Below, one piece after another: positions 51,436 through 61,725 of a DNA stretch of 64,000 nucleotides. Under the pieces are notes generated by a model that saw nothing but the letters and a program-made list of their open reading frames with translations, had not been told where the DNA came from and did not search any database. The position numbers and the translations under genes are program-made. Every line of letters starts with the position of its first letter. The stretch's first letter is position 1. The stretch covers positions 265,408 to 329,407 of the forward strand of contig VRVR01000024.1 in the NCBI GenBank assembly GCA_009859145.1, given 5' to 3'. The DNA is from Andalucia godoyi And28. Lineage: Eukaryota; Protista; Jakobida.

Positions 51436-52917
51436 ATGGAAATGCTGGACTTCTTGACACTTCCCTTCGATTGCCTTTTGGCATCGGAATCTGTCAAGTC
51501 GAAACTTAGTTCCAAGCCCGCAACGGTTCTTTGGTCGGCGCACCTCTTGTCTACATTTTTGCTGTTCTTTGCACCAGTAGTACTCTCTGTGTTTCCGCAT
51601 GTGCTCTCCTGCAGCCGCCCTGAGTCATACGGCCTATTCGTCTTGGCAATGCTCGCGAGCCACACGATGATTGGGTTTTCCAAAGTCGCGCTTCCTGTTG
51701 CAGTGGCGCATCTTGCCGGCCTGGTGTTCATCGCCCTGCAGACAGTGAATGACTTGTTGCACAATCCTGTTGCTTTGTTTGCGTCTTTTGTACTCGTCTG
51801 CGGCTCTCTGACGATACACTTGGCCTTCTCAAAGTGGGTGCCAGCTGCAGCATCCCGATCCTCTGCAATGTTCTTTTCCATTGTTGTAGGAACGCTGTAT
51901 GGAGTCGCACTGTTTTTTATTCTGTTTCAGGATGCCTCGGAGGTGTGGAATCTACGGGTCCTTGCTGCAACTTCCTTGGGCGCTATCGTCACGACCGTTT
52001 ACGCATTTTCCCCGTCTGTGCCATTTGCTGTGGCAGCCTCGCCTCTCGGTTTTGTCTTTGCAGTGGCGCTGCTGCGCCATCATGCCAGGCTTGCGTTCGC
52101 AGTATTCGATCTGATTGTGTTCGGCTTATTCGTGTCCCATCGGCATGGAACTGCAAACAACGCGTCCAATGGAAAATTTGTCGTGTCATTGTTTGGTCTT
52201 TTCGCACTCCTTGTTTGCTTGGTGGACATGACGGCATTTGGACAGAGCGTACTTGCCGCCACAGGGTTTTCGAGCGATTCTCTCCGCGTGTCCACGTTGC
52301 TGGGTGGCGTCAGTACCGCGTCTTACTCCACGCTCGGGTTTTTGATGGCTTTCATTGTCACCCTGCTTTCGGCATCGTGGCGATCGCTCTATTCGTTTGT
52401 CATCGTAGGTTCCCTCGTCGCCGTCCTTCGTTCCACCGTTGATTTTGCCCCGGCATGGGGAATCTTCCGCTCCTTTTCGGCTGTCAAAAACTTGAGGTAC
52501 ATCGAAATGCTTGATTCGTTCGATCCCAATCTCTTGGGAACCACTCTTGTCGTTTTCGATTTGATCGTCCTCGCACTTCCGTTTGCCGTCTTAGTCCGCC
52601 CTCCGAAGCGATTTGACGAATCCACCGTGATGGTTGGTGGCCTTGTTGGGCTGCTTGTCATTTGGTTCCATTTTGTGAACGGACTGTCCAGCGTGGCCAA
52701 CACCGGTGCCTACACAGTGCTGTTCCACCTCGGCAGAGACCTGTCCCATTTCCTATTTGGCGCGTTTGTTTCCATCTTTTTCATTGGGTTTTCTCATCTT
52801 GCTTCTGCAGCTCTTTCTTCAAACACCCAAGAGAAATGCAACCTCTGCTCCAACACTGTAGTCGTGTGCTTTATTGTTACGATCCACATTGCATATCTAG
52901 TTCTTCTTGTAATCTAA
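51436..52917 (+). CDS. Polytopic membrane protein of unknown function
   Basis: About 12-14 hydrophobic segments; no family motif recognised. Confidence 0.7.
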   Translation: MEMLDFLTLPFDCLLASESVKSKLSSKPATVLWSAHLLSTFLLFFAPVVLSVFPHVLSCSRPESYGLFVLAMLASHTMIGFSKVALPVAVAHLAGLVFIALQTVNDLLHNPVALFASFVLVCGSLTIHLAFSKWVPAAASRSSAMFFSIVVGTLYGVALFFILFQDASEVWNLRVLAATSLGAIVTTVYAFSPSVPFAVAASPLGFVFAVALLRHHARLAFAVFDLIVFGLFVSHRHGTANNASNGKFVVSLFGLFALLVCLVDMTAFGQSVLAATGFSSDSLRVSTLLGGVSTASYSTLGFLMAFIVTLLSASWRSLYSFVIVGSLVAVLRSTVDFAPAWGIFRSFSAVKNLRYIEMLDSFDPNLLGTTLVVFDLIVLALPFAVLVRPPKRFDESTVMVGGLVGLLVIWFHFVNGLSSVANTGAYTVLFHLGRDLSHFLFGAFVSIFFIGFSHLASAALSSNTQEKCNLCSNTVVVCFIVTIHIAYLVLLVI

Positions 52918-55900
52918 GTCTTCTTGCTCATAAATGCAAATAGCGACATTTGCTTCTTTTTTTTTGACGTGTCAGGAGTGCTGGTTGTGGTGGTCATTAA
53001 CAGCTCCAGCGGAATCACAGGATCTGGTTTTGCTGGGACAGTAGCAACCTTCGGAAATTCCAAGGGATCTTCTTCATCCATCACTGCTTTTTTTTCGCAA
53101 GTCTTGGCAGTGAACGGCTTGGCAATTGTCGTTGTCTTCGTCGCTGCCGGGGGAGAGCCTGTGGGAGATGGCAGTGACGGTGAATGCGGGATCAAGTCTT
53201 CGATCTGCTTGCCCTTTGTTAGCTTCTTCTTCCCCATGAAGGACACGGCCTTTCCTTTCTCCAAAAAGACGCTGATTGCCGCCAAAACCGGATTCAGCAG
53301 CCTGAGCCCGAACACCGAACCGGGTAATTTTTCCTTGTCTATGAACTGCATAACATCGCCAGAGAGGAACGGAATTTTCGAGAGGTCCTCGCTAATGTGA
53401 GTGCCGTTGCAAGCAACGTACTGAATTAGCTGTTCTTCGTATTCGGAGTTCCAGCCGTCGGGAAGCTTGACAGGGCGTCGAGCAACCTCAAGAACGAAGC
53501 GCATGTCACGTAGAAAGTTTTCAGATAGAACGAAAGTCCGAAGATTATGGAGTGAAACCAGTCGATCCCAGGTTGACGCGCTCGCAGCACACTTGTCCTT
53601 GAACGGCGCCATCGTGCTCGATTTCACCCGAATTTCCGCGCAGCCTGCTGCTTCTACCACGTCCATCGACCAAGTATGCAGATCTTCTGATGGCACGATG
53701 ATGACTAGGATCTCCTGCTTTCCCACAAAACCTGGAGCAGAAAATCGGCATTCATTCGAATTTTTCACAAAATACTTGCGTAGAACAGTCGGCGAAGAAG
53801 ATTCGTTCTCGAGCACCAGGACACACACGGTCTTGTTCTCCGGTACTGTTGCTATCCATCGGATGGTAACCTCATGGCCAACTTCCGGGTTCGATGCGCA
53901 CGCAGCTGGCAAAGCGGGAAACGAGAGTTTCCCTCTGTTTTCAAGGAGCCATCGAGAAAACGATGTGTTTGACGGTCGCACGATGATCCGTCTGAAAACT
54001 TCCGACGTTAACGGCGGCTGGTCCGGGAACTTTTTGAGGAATTCCGAAAAGACAACTTGCTCGCATAACGACGAAAGAAATTCTGCAGAAATCGCATCTT
54101 GGATCCGCTGATAGTGCTCCGGAAACTTCGATTTCAACAGCTTTTGCAGAAAATGCGCAGATACGAGCTCTGCATTCTCTGGAGCTTCCGTGTCTTTCCA
54201 AAAGAGCTGTGTCTCTTCACAATATCGCAAACTGTAAGCCTGTAGAAGTGGAAGCAGCTCCTGCGGGGACGCATAAGAAAATCCAACTTGCGCGACGAAT
54301 GTAAAAAGACGACGCAGCGCAATGTCAATCGACCGCTGTTTCTGCTTTGTGAGATTTGTAAATCCGAATGGGTTGGACTGCTTGTCTTTGCTGTCCTTGT
54401 TGTCGACGGCCTGTGGACGGGCCATTTCAGCGTCCGAATCGGAGGGGCTAAAGTCGTTGTCACTGTCCGTTGACATGGTTCCGCGGAATACTGGAAGATC
54501 CACAACATTCGATTGCCGGTAGGATGCCGCTTTTCGGCGACCTCGCGACTGATAGGTTACAGAGTAGCTCTGGAACTTGGAGACTACAGTTTGAATGGCG
54601 ATCTTGCTGCCTTCCTGCAACAGTTGCATGTTCGCTTCCAGAAAATGACTCCAAAAGTCCATTTCGGAGCACAGAAATTCCTCAAAGTGATGAATATCCT
54701 TCATTGTGTCCTGCAAATTCGAGCCGATGTCTTTCTTCTGTAGCAAGTCCACTGACTTTTGATCAACGTCTTCCAGAAACGAGGCGAACTTCTGCGGTTC
54801 AAGAGACGACGGGTCGGAAGTGGCTGCGGTCCGCAGTGCATTTGCTTTTTCTACGAGCTGTACCACAGGCAGTATTCGCACATCAAGGACTTTGGACCAA
54901 AAGTCCTTGTCCTCCAGGGACAAGGATCGCCCGTCTTCATCGCCCACAATGCTGAAGGATGCTTTTGAAAGTTTGTTCATGGTCGAATTTGTCGCCGTTT
55001 GGTTTTCATCATAGGAAAGGACTCGCGCCGACGACAGGATTTCATCAAGACTCTTTTCGTCTGTTGGCGCACTCTCCGACTCTTGCATCATTGCGTAGAA
55101 CCCATGGCGCAGCAGGCGCTCGATCGCTTGAGCCTTTGTTGCGGCGTCCACACTGTTCAGACCGGCATTATCGGCGTCTACAGAGTCTGGAGAATCAAAT
55201 GTCATGCGGGTCATGACTGCTTGCTCCAGGCCCAGTTTCCGCGAGGCAACAGAGAACATGTAAGACTCGTACGTGCCTTTGGTGATCAAACGATACACCT
55301 TCACCTCCTGCTGCTGCCCAATACGATGCGCTCTTGCTTGGGCTTGCAAATCGTTCTGTGGATTCCAGTCCGAATCAAAAATGACGACCACGGAAGCAGA
55401 CGTCAAGTTGATTCCGAGGCCGCCAGCTCTCGTTGATAACAGGAACACAAATGATGCCGAACAGGGGCGGTTGTTGAAGCGGTCAATGCGCTTCTGTCTC
55501 TCAGATCCCCGAATCCCACCGTCGATTCGTTCGTAAGCGTATGAGCGGTCGTCAAGGAAGTCTTCGATGATGTCGAGCAACCGTGTCATCTGGGAAAACA
55601 CCAACACCTTCTTTCCTTCAGCGTACAATTTGGCTAGGAGCTTGTCCAAGAAGGCCAGTTTGCCGCTGTGGTGAACCAGAGCTTCCGGAGCGAGCTTTCT
55701 CAGATCAGTATCTGGGCGATTCGTTCCCTTTGCATGGGTCACATATTCATTCAGAAGCTTGGGTTCCATACCATCCACAAGGTAGGGGTGGTTGCAGACC
55801 TTCCGCAGTTGAATCATAATGTTGGTGAGACGGGGAACAACGGATCGCACGTCTCCTGATGCACTGTCGCGGCATTTGGTCACCAGAAATTCCGTATTCC

Positions 55901-58049
55901 GCTCATACACTGCACGGTAGACGGATTTCTGAGATCTTGTGAGCTCCACCTCGATGAGAATCTCTTCTTTTCCGGGAAGCTGCTTAAAGACGTCACTCTT
56001 GAATCTGCGCAGAACATACGGCCGAATGTCTTCCTGAAGCTTTGAAACGGCTGTTTCATCTTCTAAGTTTCCGTACTTTGAAATGAACGATTCAAGATCG
56101 TTGAAGTTCCCGGGATTCAAGAAATCCAAAAGGCTCCACAGCTCCGAGACATCGTTCTGTAGTGGCGTTCCGGACAAAATCAGTCTTCCATCGATAGGGG
56201 AGAAGAACTCTCGGATGACACTATTCACGCGGCTGTCGTGGCTCTTGATTCTGTGGCCTTCGTCCAAGACAATGTACTGGAACTTGAATGAAGACAGAAG
56301 AGAAGCTTCAGAAACCAGGCACTCGTATGTCGTCAGCAAAACATCGAACTTCACTCGCGAGTTCAGATCGTCGTCGAATTTCTGATATTTCGGGCACAGC
56401 AGTCTTTCAAACTGTTCGTCTTTGGAAAGCTTAGCATCTCTGCGAAACGCGAACATGTAGTGCTCCATGATACGTCTGTCGAGGTCATTGCCATGGAAAG
56501 GAAGAATGTTCAAATCCGAAACTCTCTCAAATTCTCGCTTCCAGTTCCCAAACGTGGACAACGGTACCACCACAAGAAACGGGTCACATCGGCAACCCTG
56601 TTTTCGCCAAATGGTGTCGAGCAGAGCAATCGCCTGGATCGTCTTTCCAAGTCCCATCTCGTCCGCAAGGATGCAATTTCTACGGAGAACCCAGTTATAG
56701 AGCAAGAAGTTCAGTCCCTCTAGCTGGTACGGGAACAGAGACACATTCGATTTGAAAACGGGGCTTTCCTCCATCGGAACGAACCCTGTTGGTCGCGGAT
56801 GGCTGAATCGATATGACGCCCTGTCCTGCTTTAGTTCCTTGAATCGAATGTCCCGGGTACGAGAATACTGCGCAAATGCCGAAGCGAACGACGCCTCCGA
56901 AATGGGATTCTTCGAGATGTCCGCCTCCAATTCCCAGGAAGATGCAGACCATGGAGTGTCTCTCCATTTGATGAGGAAATACCTTCCGGGTGCTTCAGGA
57001 ATGCAAGACAGCTCCTTGCGAGCGAACGTTCGTTTTCTGCTGAGAATGGCATCAATGCGCTCCACATCCTGCTCACTGAATGCGAACTCGTCAAGAACAT
57101 ACTCTACGGAAAGGAAGTTGTCAAGAGAAAAATCGTCTTCCAGGTAGACAGGGTCATGCTCTGGGCGGCTGCGAGAGATTTTCTCCAATTTCTTAATGCG
57201 GGGAAGGTTGAACTGCTTCTGGGTCGCTAGAACGTCCGATCTTGAAAGCCAGCGACAGTGAAGATGCGAATCAAACGCAAATTTTGCAAGGAATTGGTCA
57301 TCCTTTTTGCAGAACCCCAACAGAGCTTCAATTTTGCCAAAATCAACATCTGCCTCGTCTTTGTTGTTTGGGGACGCCATCTCCACATCCTTTCGTTTCG
57401 CATTCTCATTCTCATCATCATCATCTTGCTCTTGCGAGGAGTGGTCATTGTATAAATCCTCAAAAACAATACCGGACGTCTCCGATTCTGTTGAAGAGTC
57501 GCAGGACGAGACATCTTCGTGATCCGTTGGCGAACGGCTCGTGCGGCGAGCCTTGGGAGGATGTGGCTTCGCATCATCCTCTTCAATTTCATCGTCTTCT
57601 AGCATCGCGGATATTTTCATTACAGACTTGATATCTGCACGAGTAGATCGTGACGGAAACCGAGAGCTCCGCATTGAAGCCGAGCGCTTCGAAACGGCTG
57701 GCATCCCCGTGTCACTGTCATTTTCGAGATCGTCATCTTCGTCATCAAAGTTGATGCGTCCACGTGTCCTGGCATTCCTTGTCGGCCGCATCGACGCACG
57801 ACTCTGTGTCGTCTCGGAAATCCTGATCTCCGTCTTGGACGTTCTCTGCAAATGGTTCCGCTGAGAAAGTATCACGGGGCCACGACTGCTGACATCCTTC
57901 ACAGTCGTTGCTGGTGTTGATGACAGGGAGAAAACCTTTGCAGGTTCTTCAATCGAAGCCATCTCATCTTCGTCATCTTCTTCGATGAGCATTCTCTTCT
58001 TTGGTTTTGACATGCGGCTGGATGCCATATTCTGGATTCTTGTGGTCAT
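52914..58049 (-). CDS. CHD-family SNF2 chromatin remodeller, paralogue 2 (tandem chromodomains)
   Basis: FLAKFAFDSHLHCRW and YFLIKWRDTPWSASSWE chromodomains, LADEMGLGKT, VLDEGHRIK, SGTPLQND, FLLSTRAGGLGINL, QARAHRIGQ. Confidence 0.92.
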   Translation of the reverse strand: MTTRIQNMASSRMSKPKKRMLIEEDDEDEMASIEEPAKVFSLSSTPATTVKDVSSRGPVILSQRNHLQRTSKTEIRISETTQSRASMRPTRNARTRGRINFDDEDDDLENDSDTGMPAVSKRSASMRSSRFPSRSTRADIKSVMKISAMLEDDEIEEDDAKPHPPKARRTSRSPTDHEDVSSCDSSTESETSGIVFEDLYNDHSSQEQDDDDENENAKRKDVEMASPNNKDEADVDFGKIEALLGFCKKDDQFLAKFAFDSHLHCRWLSRSDVLATQKQFNLPRIKKLEKISRSRPEHDPVYLEDDFSLDNFLSVEYVLDEFAFSEQDVERIDAILSRKRTFARKELSCIPEAPGRYFLIKWRDTPWSASSWELEADISKNPISEASFASAFAQYSRTRDIRFKELKQDRASYRFSHPRPTGFVPMEESPVFKSNVSLFPYQLEGLNFLLYNWVLRRNCILADEMGLGKTIQAIALLDTIWRKQGCRCDPFLVVVPLSTFGNWKREFERVSDLNILPFHGNDLDRRIMEHYMFAFRRDAKLSKDEQFERLLCPKYQKFDDDLNSRVKFDVLLTTYECLVSEASLLSSFKFQYIVLDEGHRIKSHDSRVNSVIREFFSPIDGRLILSGTPLQNDVSELWSLLDFLNPGNFNDLESFISKYGNLEDETAVSKLQEDIRPYVLRRFKSDVFKQLPGKEEILIEVELTRSQKSVYRAVYERNTEFLVTKCRDSASGDVRSVVPRLTNIMIQLRKVCNHPYLVDGMEPKLLNEYVTHAKGTNRPDTDLRKLAPEALVHHSGKLAFLDKLLAKLYAEGKKVLVFSQMTRLLDIIEDFLDDRSYAYERIDGGIRGSERQKRIDRFNNRPCSASFVFLLSTRAGGLGINLTSASVVVIFDSDWNPQNDLQAQARAHRIGQQQEVKVYRLITKGTYESYMFSVASRKLGLEQAVMTRMTFDSPDSVDADNAGLNSVDAATKAQAIERLLRHGFYAMMQESESAPTDEKSLDEILSSARVLSYDENQTATNSTMNKLSKASFSIVGDEDGRSLSLEDKDFWSKVLDVRILPVVQLVEKANALRTAATSDPSSLEPQKFASFLEDVDQKSVDLLQKKDIGSNLQDTMKDIHHFEEFLCSEMDFWSHFLEANMQLLQEGSKIAIQTVVSKFQSYSVTYQSRGRRKAASYRQSNVVDLPVFRGTMSTDSDNDFSPSDSDAEMARPQAVDNKDSKDKQSNPFGFTNLTKQKQRSIDIALRRLFTFVAQVGFSYASPQELLPLLQAYSLRYCEETQLFWKDTEAPENAELVSAHFLQKLLKSKFPEHYQRIQDAISAEFLSSLCEQVVFSEFLKKFPDQPPLTSEVFRRIIVRPSNTSFSRWLLENRGKLSFPALPAACASNPEVGHEVTIRWIATVPENKTVCVLVLENESSSPTVLRKYFVKNSNECRFSAPGFVGKQEILVIIVPSEDLHTWSMDVVEAAGCAEIRVKSSTMAPFKDKCAASASTWDRLVSLHNLRTFVLSENFLRDMRFVLEVARRPVKLPDGWNSEYEEQLIQYVACNGTHISEDLSKIPFLSGDVMQFIDKEKLPGSVFGLRLLNPVLAAISVFLEKGKAVSFMGKKKLTKGKQIEDLIPHSPSLPSPTGSPPAATKTTTIAKPFTAKTCEKKAVMDEEDPLEFPKVATVPAKPDPVIPLELLMTTTTSTPDTSKKKKQMSLFAFMSKKT

Positions 58050-58479
58050 TTTTTCCCCAAAGACGCAGGCGCTGAATACGCTTCTTTTTTTTTTTCTTTT
58101 TTTTTCCCCCCCTTCTTTTGGGATGGAGGTCTCTCTCTGCGAGAAAAAAAAACTAAAACAAGGGCGTCTTCCAAAAATAAATAAATAAAGAGAGAGAAAG
58201 AGCGATGGCAAGGAACGGTGGATGGAAAGAGAAAAAAGGAAAATGAAATGAAAAGAAAATTGAGCCGAGTAGAAAAACGAGTGGACGAGATCGACGCAGA
58301 AGAGTTGCTGAATTTCGTTTTCTTTGGAGGAATACCGAGAATTGGCGCGGAAAGAAGCGGATGGCGGGAGACGATATTTTATTATTTATTTGCTTTACAG
58401 TCGGTGCACAAATGCACTAGCGAAGTTGGGGAGCAAAGAAGGAAAAGAAGAAAAAACCGGACGCAAACGTCGCAAACAG

Positions 58480-59868
58480 TCACCGGTGGCTATCGTTGTG
58501 TGTGCGCGGGGACGTGAACTTTGACGACGAATTCTTACGAATCTCTGAATACTGCACTCCCAGCTTGGAAAAGAGGTCATCGGATATTCTCTTGTACTCC
58601 GTAAATGACTGCGGCACGCTCTTAACAACTTCGCTTGCAAGCAGGAATTTGGAACTCGATGTACCATGTGTAATCAATGTGAGCAGCTTGGCTTCTCTGA
58701 AACAGCTACTGGCGTCCTTGGCGTATGCCTGCATGGCGAATGGATCCGCAGCAGCTTCACATCCAGACAAGTAGTCCTGCCCCAGGACGACAAGAGCTGA
58801 CGCCAGTTCTGGAGAATAGAACCGTTTCCCGAGTGACTGCGCCATGAATTCGTAGAACCAGCGAATTTGATCCACCGCCATTCTTGAAAAGAATATTGCC
58901 GTTTCTACAAGATCGGCTTTTGACGAGGCTTGCATGAATCGAGTTCCCAGCAACGATTGCGTTTGCTCTTTTCCAAATGCCTTTCGCAGCCTGGGAATAT
59001 CTTGCATCGAAACCCCGCGAGCAAAGGCAGCAGCATCTTCGGCACAGCGGCGCATCAAGATGTGTCCTCTGTGCAGCGCCTTCGAAACTCGAGAGTCAAG
59101 CATCACCACAAAGAATCCTTGCTCTTCTGCTGACTTCCAGCATTCCTCTTCAATGGTCTGCAAACTGTTCTGCAGTTCTTTTGAAAACTGGTGCTTACAT
59201 GACTTGCATTCCCAGCTACCAGCCAAAGCAAAACCGTCTGCACAGTTGGGACACGGAAAAACACGCAAAACATCCCCCTCCAGATTCTGACACAGCATGC
59301 AATCGCACCGAAATCCATATGCACTCTCCATCCATGTTAATCTACCAATGGAATGCCGAAGCGTCGGACAGTACTGTATGCACATCTCCTCATCCTTCCT
59401 GATCGCTGTTCTCGCATACATGCGCAACAAGTCGCCTTCCGAGGAAAACACGACGTTTGGAAAGCAGGAGTGATTAAACATGGCAGAAAACGCTCCGAGT
59501 CCAATGGCGTCCAGGGAAGCAAAATCGAATTGGTTTGCCTCTAGAATTGCAACACGGCGCTTGGTTTCGGGTTTACAGGGTTCGAGAAACTGGCGCTTGG
59601 AGTCCGGCCCGATGAATCCATGCAACTCGTTGAGCACCTCCGGCCATGTTTGCACCTCGAAAAATGCATCCAGAGTAGCAGGAAACTCTTTGGAAGTCTG
59701 TGCTTGTTGATACGTCTTGTTGTCAAGAAGATTCGTTGCATGTTCTTCAGAAACAAGTTCACCGGCCCGGAAATCTCGCGCAGCAAACACGCACCTACCT
59801 TTTCCTTCTCTATGTGCGACATACAAATTGGGCGACCTACACGCTATTAGTTCACTCAACTTCGACAT
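58480..59868 (-). CDS. SET-domain lysine methyltransferase (SMYD-like, post-SET Cys cluster)
   Basis: GKGRCVFAARDFRAGELV, MFNHSCFPN, IRKDEEMCIQY, FRCDCMLC. Confidence 0.88.
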   Translation of the reverse strand: MSKLSELIACRSPNLYVAHREGKGRCVFAARDFRAGELVSEEHATNLLDNKTYQQAQTSKEFPATLDAFFEVQTWPEVLNELHGFIGPDSKRQFLEPCKPETKRRVAILEANQFDFASLDAIGLGAFSAMFNHSCFPNVVFSSEGDLLRMYARTAIRKDEEMCIQYCPTLRHSIGRLTWMESAYGFRCDCMLCQNLEGDVLRVFPCPNCADGFALAGSWECKSCKHQFSKELQNSLQTIEEECWKSAEEQGFFVVMLDSRVSKALHRGHILMRRCAEDAAAFARGVSMQDIPRLRKAFGKEQTQSLLGTRFMQASSKADLVETAIFFSRMAVDQIRWFYEFMAQSLGKRFYSPELASALVVLGQDYLSGCEAAADPFAMQAYAKDASSCFREAKLLTLITHGTSSSKFLLASEVVKSVPQSFTEYKRISDDLFSKLGVQYSEIRKNSSSKFTSPRTHNDSHR

Positions 59869-60231
59869 CACTATGTGCAACGGTTGACACCACTCCTCGT
59901 CCTCCAATTCCAGAGTTTCCTCGTCGATGGTTGAAGGAGGGCAGAAGCCTATGCAAACAATAACAGTGATGCGAAAAAAGCAAAAAAAAAAAAAAAAACG
60001 ACCTTTCCGAATGTGAGGACGGCTGCCAGCTTCTTTTTGACGAGCGGCGGAAAAACCATTTCTTCTTGAGCGCGAAAGAAGAAAATAGTTTTTTGATGTG
60101 CTCTGACAGATGGAGCAACAACAGCCCCCAAAAACATGCGAGTCCAGGAAGGGCAGGTGATGAGATATCCGTTTTTTACTTGTGCAGCGCACAATCGAGG
60201 AGGACACAGAACCCGTGGGAACGAGCTTTTC

Positions 60232-61254
60232 TTAGCTTCTGCTTGCAGCTTGCATTTCTTGGAACCTAACGAGCGAGTACAACAATGATCCACTGATGGA
60301 GATCAGCGTGCCAAGGCCATTCAGGAAGGAGATTTCGTTGCCAAAGAAGACTGTGCCCAAAACTGTTTGGACACATGCCTTTGCCGTTCCAGAAATGGTG
60401 TTTGTAAGCGGGGAGGTGAACTTGATCTGCAGGAACGTCGCAATGTTGATCAGGAACCCGAAAACAGCCGTCAACACCATCACGGCCCAGAAAGCGCCGA
60501 CATTCAAGAACGGGACGTTTCGAATATAGTCCAATTCTCCAGAAAAGAAGACAAACGGAAACAAAAATATGCAAGCGAGCACAGTGTTGTAGATCATGAG
60601 TCGCCCTTCGTTGTTCTCCAAATAGTCCAGCGTCCTCTTCACATAGATCGAATACACGGAAACGAAGACGGACGACAGAAGACCAAAGATGAGTCCTGCC
60701 CATGAAAATCGAACTTCGCCGACAGAGCCCAGGATGTACCCAATGACGACAACTCCGCAGCACTGCATGGAGCGCATGGAGGTGGTTTTGCCAAGAATTG
60801 TGTACGTGAAAAAGATGTTGAACACGATGGTGAGCGATCTCGCAACCTGATAGAAAGAAACCTCGACATATTGCAAGCACAGATTGTTGAACAAGATCAT
60901 GGCCACGAAAATCCCCGTTAGCGGAGCAACCGTCCGCGCAGTATCGATGTTGAACTCAAACGCTGGAATGAACTGGAAAGAAGTGTATTTTGACAGTTCT
61001 CCGCAGAAAATGATGCACACAAGTGCAACGATCATCTGAAACCATGATACAAAAATCGGGAATGGGAACTTAAACGCGGAATAAGAAAGAATGAACTTGT
61101 TTAAAAACACAACGCTCATGGACACAATAAAATAAAACGTGATCACTGAAGCAATCTTGAACGATTGCGACATTTCCTTGCCAGTCTCTGACGAGGAGCG
61201 ATCTGCTACACCCAGGGACTTCCCCGGATCCTTTCTACTGGTGGCTGCAGACAT
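60232..61254 (-). CDS. GDP-fucose transporter (SLC35C1-like)
   Basis: VSMSVVFLNKFIL, FNNLCLQYVEVSFYQVARSLTIVFN, TSPLTNTISGTAKACVQT. Confidence 0.9.
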   Translation of the reverse strand: MSAATSRKDPGKSLGVADRSSSETGKEMSQSFKIASVITFYFIVSMSVVFLNKFILSYSAFKFPFPIFVSWFQMIVALVCIIFCGELSKYTSFQFIPAFEFNIDTARTVAPLTGIFVAMILFNNLCLQYVEVSFYQVARSLTIVFNIFFTYTILGKTTSMRSMQCCGVVVIGYILGSVGEVRFSWAGLIFGLLSSVFVSVYSIYVKRTLDYLENNEGRLMIYNTVLACIFLFPFVFFSGELDYIRNVPFLNVGAFWAVMVLTAVFGFLINIATFLQIKFTSPLTNTISGTAKACVQTVLGTVFFGNEISFLNGLGTLISISGSLLYSLVRFQEMQAASRS

Positions 61255-61725
61255 TCGGCTGATCTGGATGAAATTTCGCTTCGAAGATAACAGGAAATCA
61301 TGCAAGGAAGGGAGAGAAAAACCAGGAAACCCAAAAAAAGACAAAAAAAATAAATCGCAGATTGCAGTTTCTGTTTTTTTTTTTTGTGAGGTTGTGACGC
61401 GCGCGGCATCGGTGACAGGTTTTCGGGTTTTCAGTTTGTCAGAGACTGACCTTTTTTTTCATATTATTAATGATTTTGCTTCACCCCAGTAACTAGAGTC
61501 CAGACTCAAGTGTGCTTTCTTTTTCAGTATTTTCCCCTCTTTGTAATTTTGAAACAGCAGGAAAACGAGTTGAGAGGTGGCCTTTTTTTTTCTTTTTTTT
61601 TTCCTGCTTCCTCGAAACAAGAGTCCTTCTCAAGTCCGGTGTCGCAACTGTTTTTTTAATTTTAATTTTTGCGATTCTGCAAGCTGCGAGTATTTTTCCT
61701 CTCCCTGACTGAGACGCCATCTGAG

